Of a stretch of 64,000 nucleotides of DNA, positions 62,556 through 64,000 are shown one piece after another. The first letter of the stretch is position 1, and the number at the start of each line of letters is the position of its first letter. The translations under genes were made by a program, and so were the position numbers. The notes beneath the pieces are model-generated. The model did not search any database and was not told the DNA's origin. It saw only the letters and a program-made list of their open reading frames with translations. This DNA is from Felis catus (taxonomy: Eukaryota): positions 226,178,001 through 226,242,000 of the forward strand of contig NC_058368.1 of the NCBI RefSeq assembly GCF_018350175.1, written 5' to 3'.

Positions 62556-64000
62556 AATAGTGTAGCAACTGTCCTAAAATATTTCATACTTACATTTTAT
62601 AGAAATTATCATTGCTTTTCCTTTCAGGTCTAGTGACTGTTGAAAAAAAATAAATCTAAGCCTGTTCTTACATGACCTGAAATGTCAAGATGACACATTC
62701 ATTTTAAGGCTTAACTTAAGGTATTACTCAGAGAGTGAAGGTCCTGGAGGAAGTGGGTTTCTCAGTTGTGAAACAAGAGGAGACAAGATCATCAGTAAGA
62801 AAGTATGGCAGCGTGAATTTTAGTAGTTGGATTTTCAACATATGGACTAGAGTTGAATGAATCTTTAGTCTCGGATTTTGACGATCTTAGTACCATATGT
62901 TCTCATTACCTTGAGTACAAAAGGCATTTGCTACAAGTCTAGAAGACTTAAGGAAGAAAGGGAAAGATGCATATTAGAGAGGACCTCAGGGGTAGGGTAG
63001 CCCTCCTCCTATTTCAAGAAAACTTAAGCTTCTAAAGGGCAAGGAGTGATTCCCAACACTTATAGGAAATAAAACAAAATCTAAGCATCGTTCATAACTT
63101 GAAGTGCAATGAAGAAGCAGAACATGGAACTGAAAATTCAAGAGGACTGTGTTTTCCTGAAAACTTCAAGTAGCTCCCTCTAAATTCAGAATGCACTAGA
63201 AAGGCCTGTGGGATTTATTTCTGCACACTGGGTAGATTTATGTATTTAGAAAAGGGCTACCAGGAGTGCGTTCCCAGAAAGTGACGTTAAGCTCTAGTAA
63301 ATGATCTGATTTCTGGCCTTTCAAAGGAAATCGATAAAAAAACAGAACAAGATCCTGTGAAATGAGTGATTTCCTGGGGTGAAGCTGTCCCCCATCACTG
63401 TACTTCTCCAGAATGAACCTGTTGCAAGCTGCACTGGTTTTGTGATTAGTGTGAATGAATGTTTCTCGTCATGTAGATTCACTATGGACTTTTTAATTAA
63501 TAATAATGTCTTGTGTCTTTAGAGCCGCCATCTCGAGGAAATTTGAGTGCATTATAATTGATGAATTTCAATTTGTCTTCATACTATCCTGCTGAATGTA
63601 TAGATTAGGTATTGCAGTTGTGTTTTGATGAGGAAAAATAGAACCAGAAACATTAAATCATTGCCCACAGAGATTTCAGAAGGCCAATAATCGAATCATC
63701 AATTACTATCTGGTAGTCTTTACTTCTAATTCTGGCTGTTTCCCCAGAATGTCTGATCAGTTGTGACAGTTTGTCCTTAGAAAAATAGAGTTGATCAAAA
63801 CAGTTATTTGCAGTTGCTATGATTAACAGAAGTTTACATTCCTTCTCATTATTTTGGTGGTGTTACACAATTATTATTTGTTTATTTTTATTGATTAAAC
63901 CACATGCATGTTTTAAGTGGCCTATGCCAACATCCTTGGAATTCTCCTAAGTCACGCATGTCAGAAGTTTTTGTCCTGGTAAGGGAGTGGTGTAAAACTT

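Noticed and set aside
1..64000. CRISPR arrays, operons or other prokaryote-type systems; processed pseudogenes; other MARCHF11 exons
   Set aside because: The sequence is mammalian intron. I saw no regularly spaced repeat-spacer arrays, no recognisable retrocopy, and neither the RING-CH exons nor the last exon (GLIVHEG…).

Overview
Mammalian genomic DNA, most likely a felid: it carries many tRNA-derived Can-SINEs of the feline type and a young feline-type L1 3' end. The window lies inside the large introns of a + strand gene. The only convincing host coding sequence is one 193-bp internal exon (42359-42551) encoding the two-transmembrane region of the RING-CH E3 ubiquitin ligase MARCHF11 (MARCH11). 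The RING-CH exons and the last exon are not visible here. The rest is intronic: about 34 Can-SINEs (many with target-site duplications, TSDs), a 5'-truncated L1 inside an older L1, L2/MIR/CR1 fossils, MaLR/ERVL LTRs, hAT and Tigger DNA transposons, and microsatellites. Nearly all ORFs in the supplied track are repeat-derived or chance ORFs. I found no convincing new biological system. The most interesting observations are inverted SINEs bracketing the exon, an unexplained ~61-bp direct repeat, a possible ancient CR1-like reverse transcriptase fossil, a CTCF-like site, a CpG-rich intronic patch and several nested or repeated insertions. Repeat subfamily names are from recognition by eye, and boundaries of old repeats are approximate.
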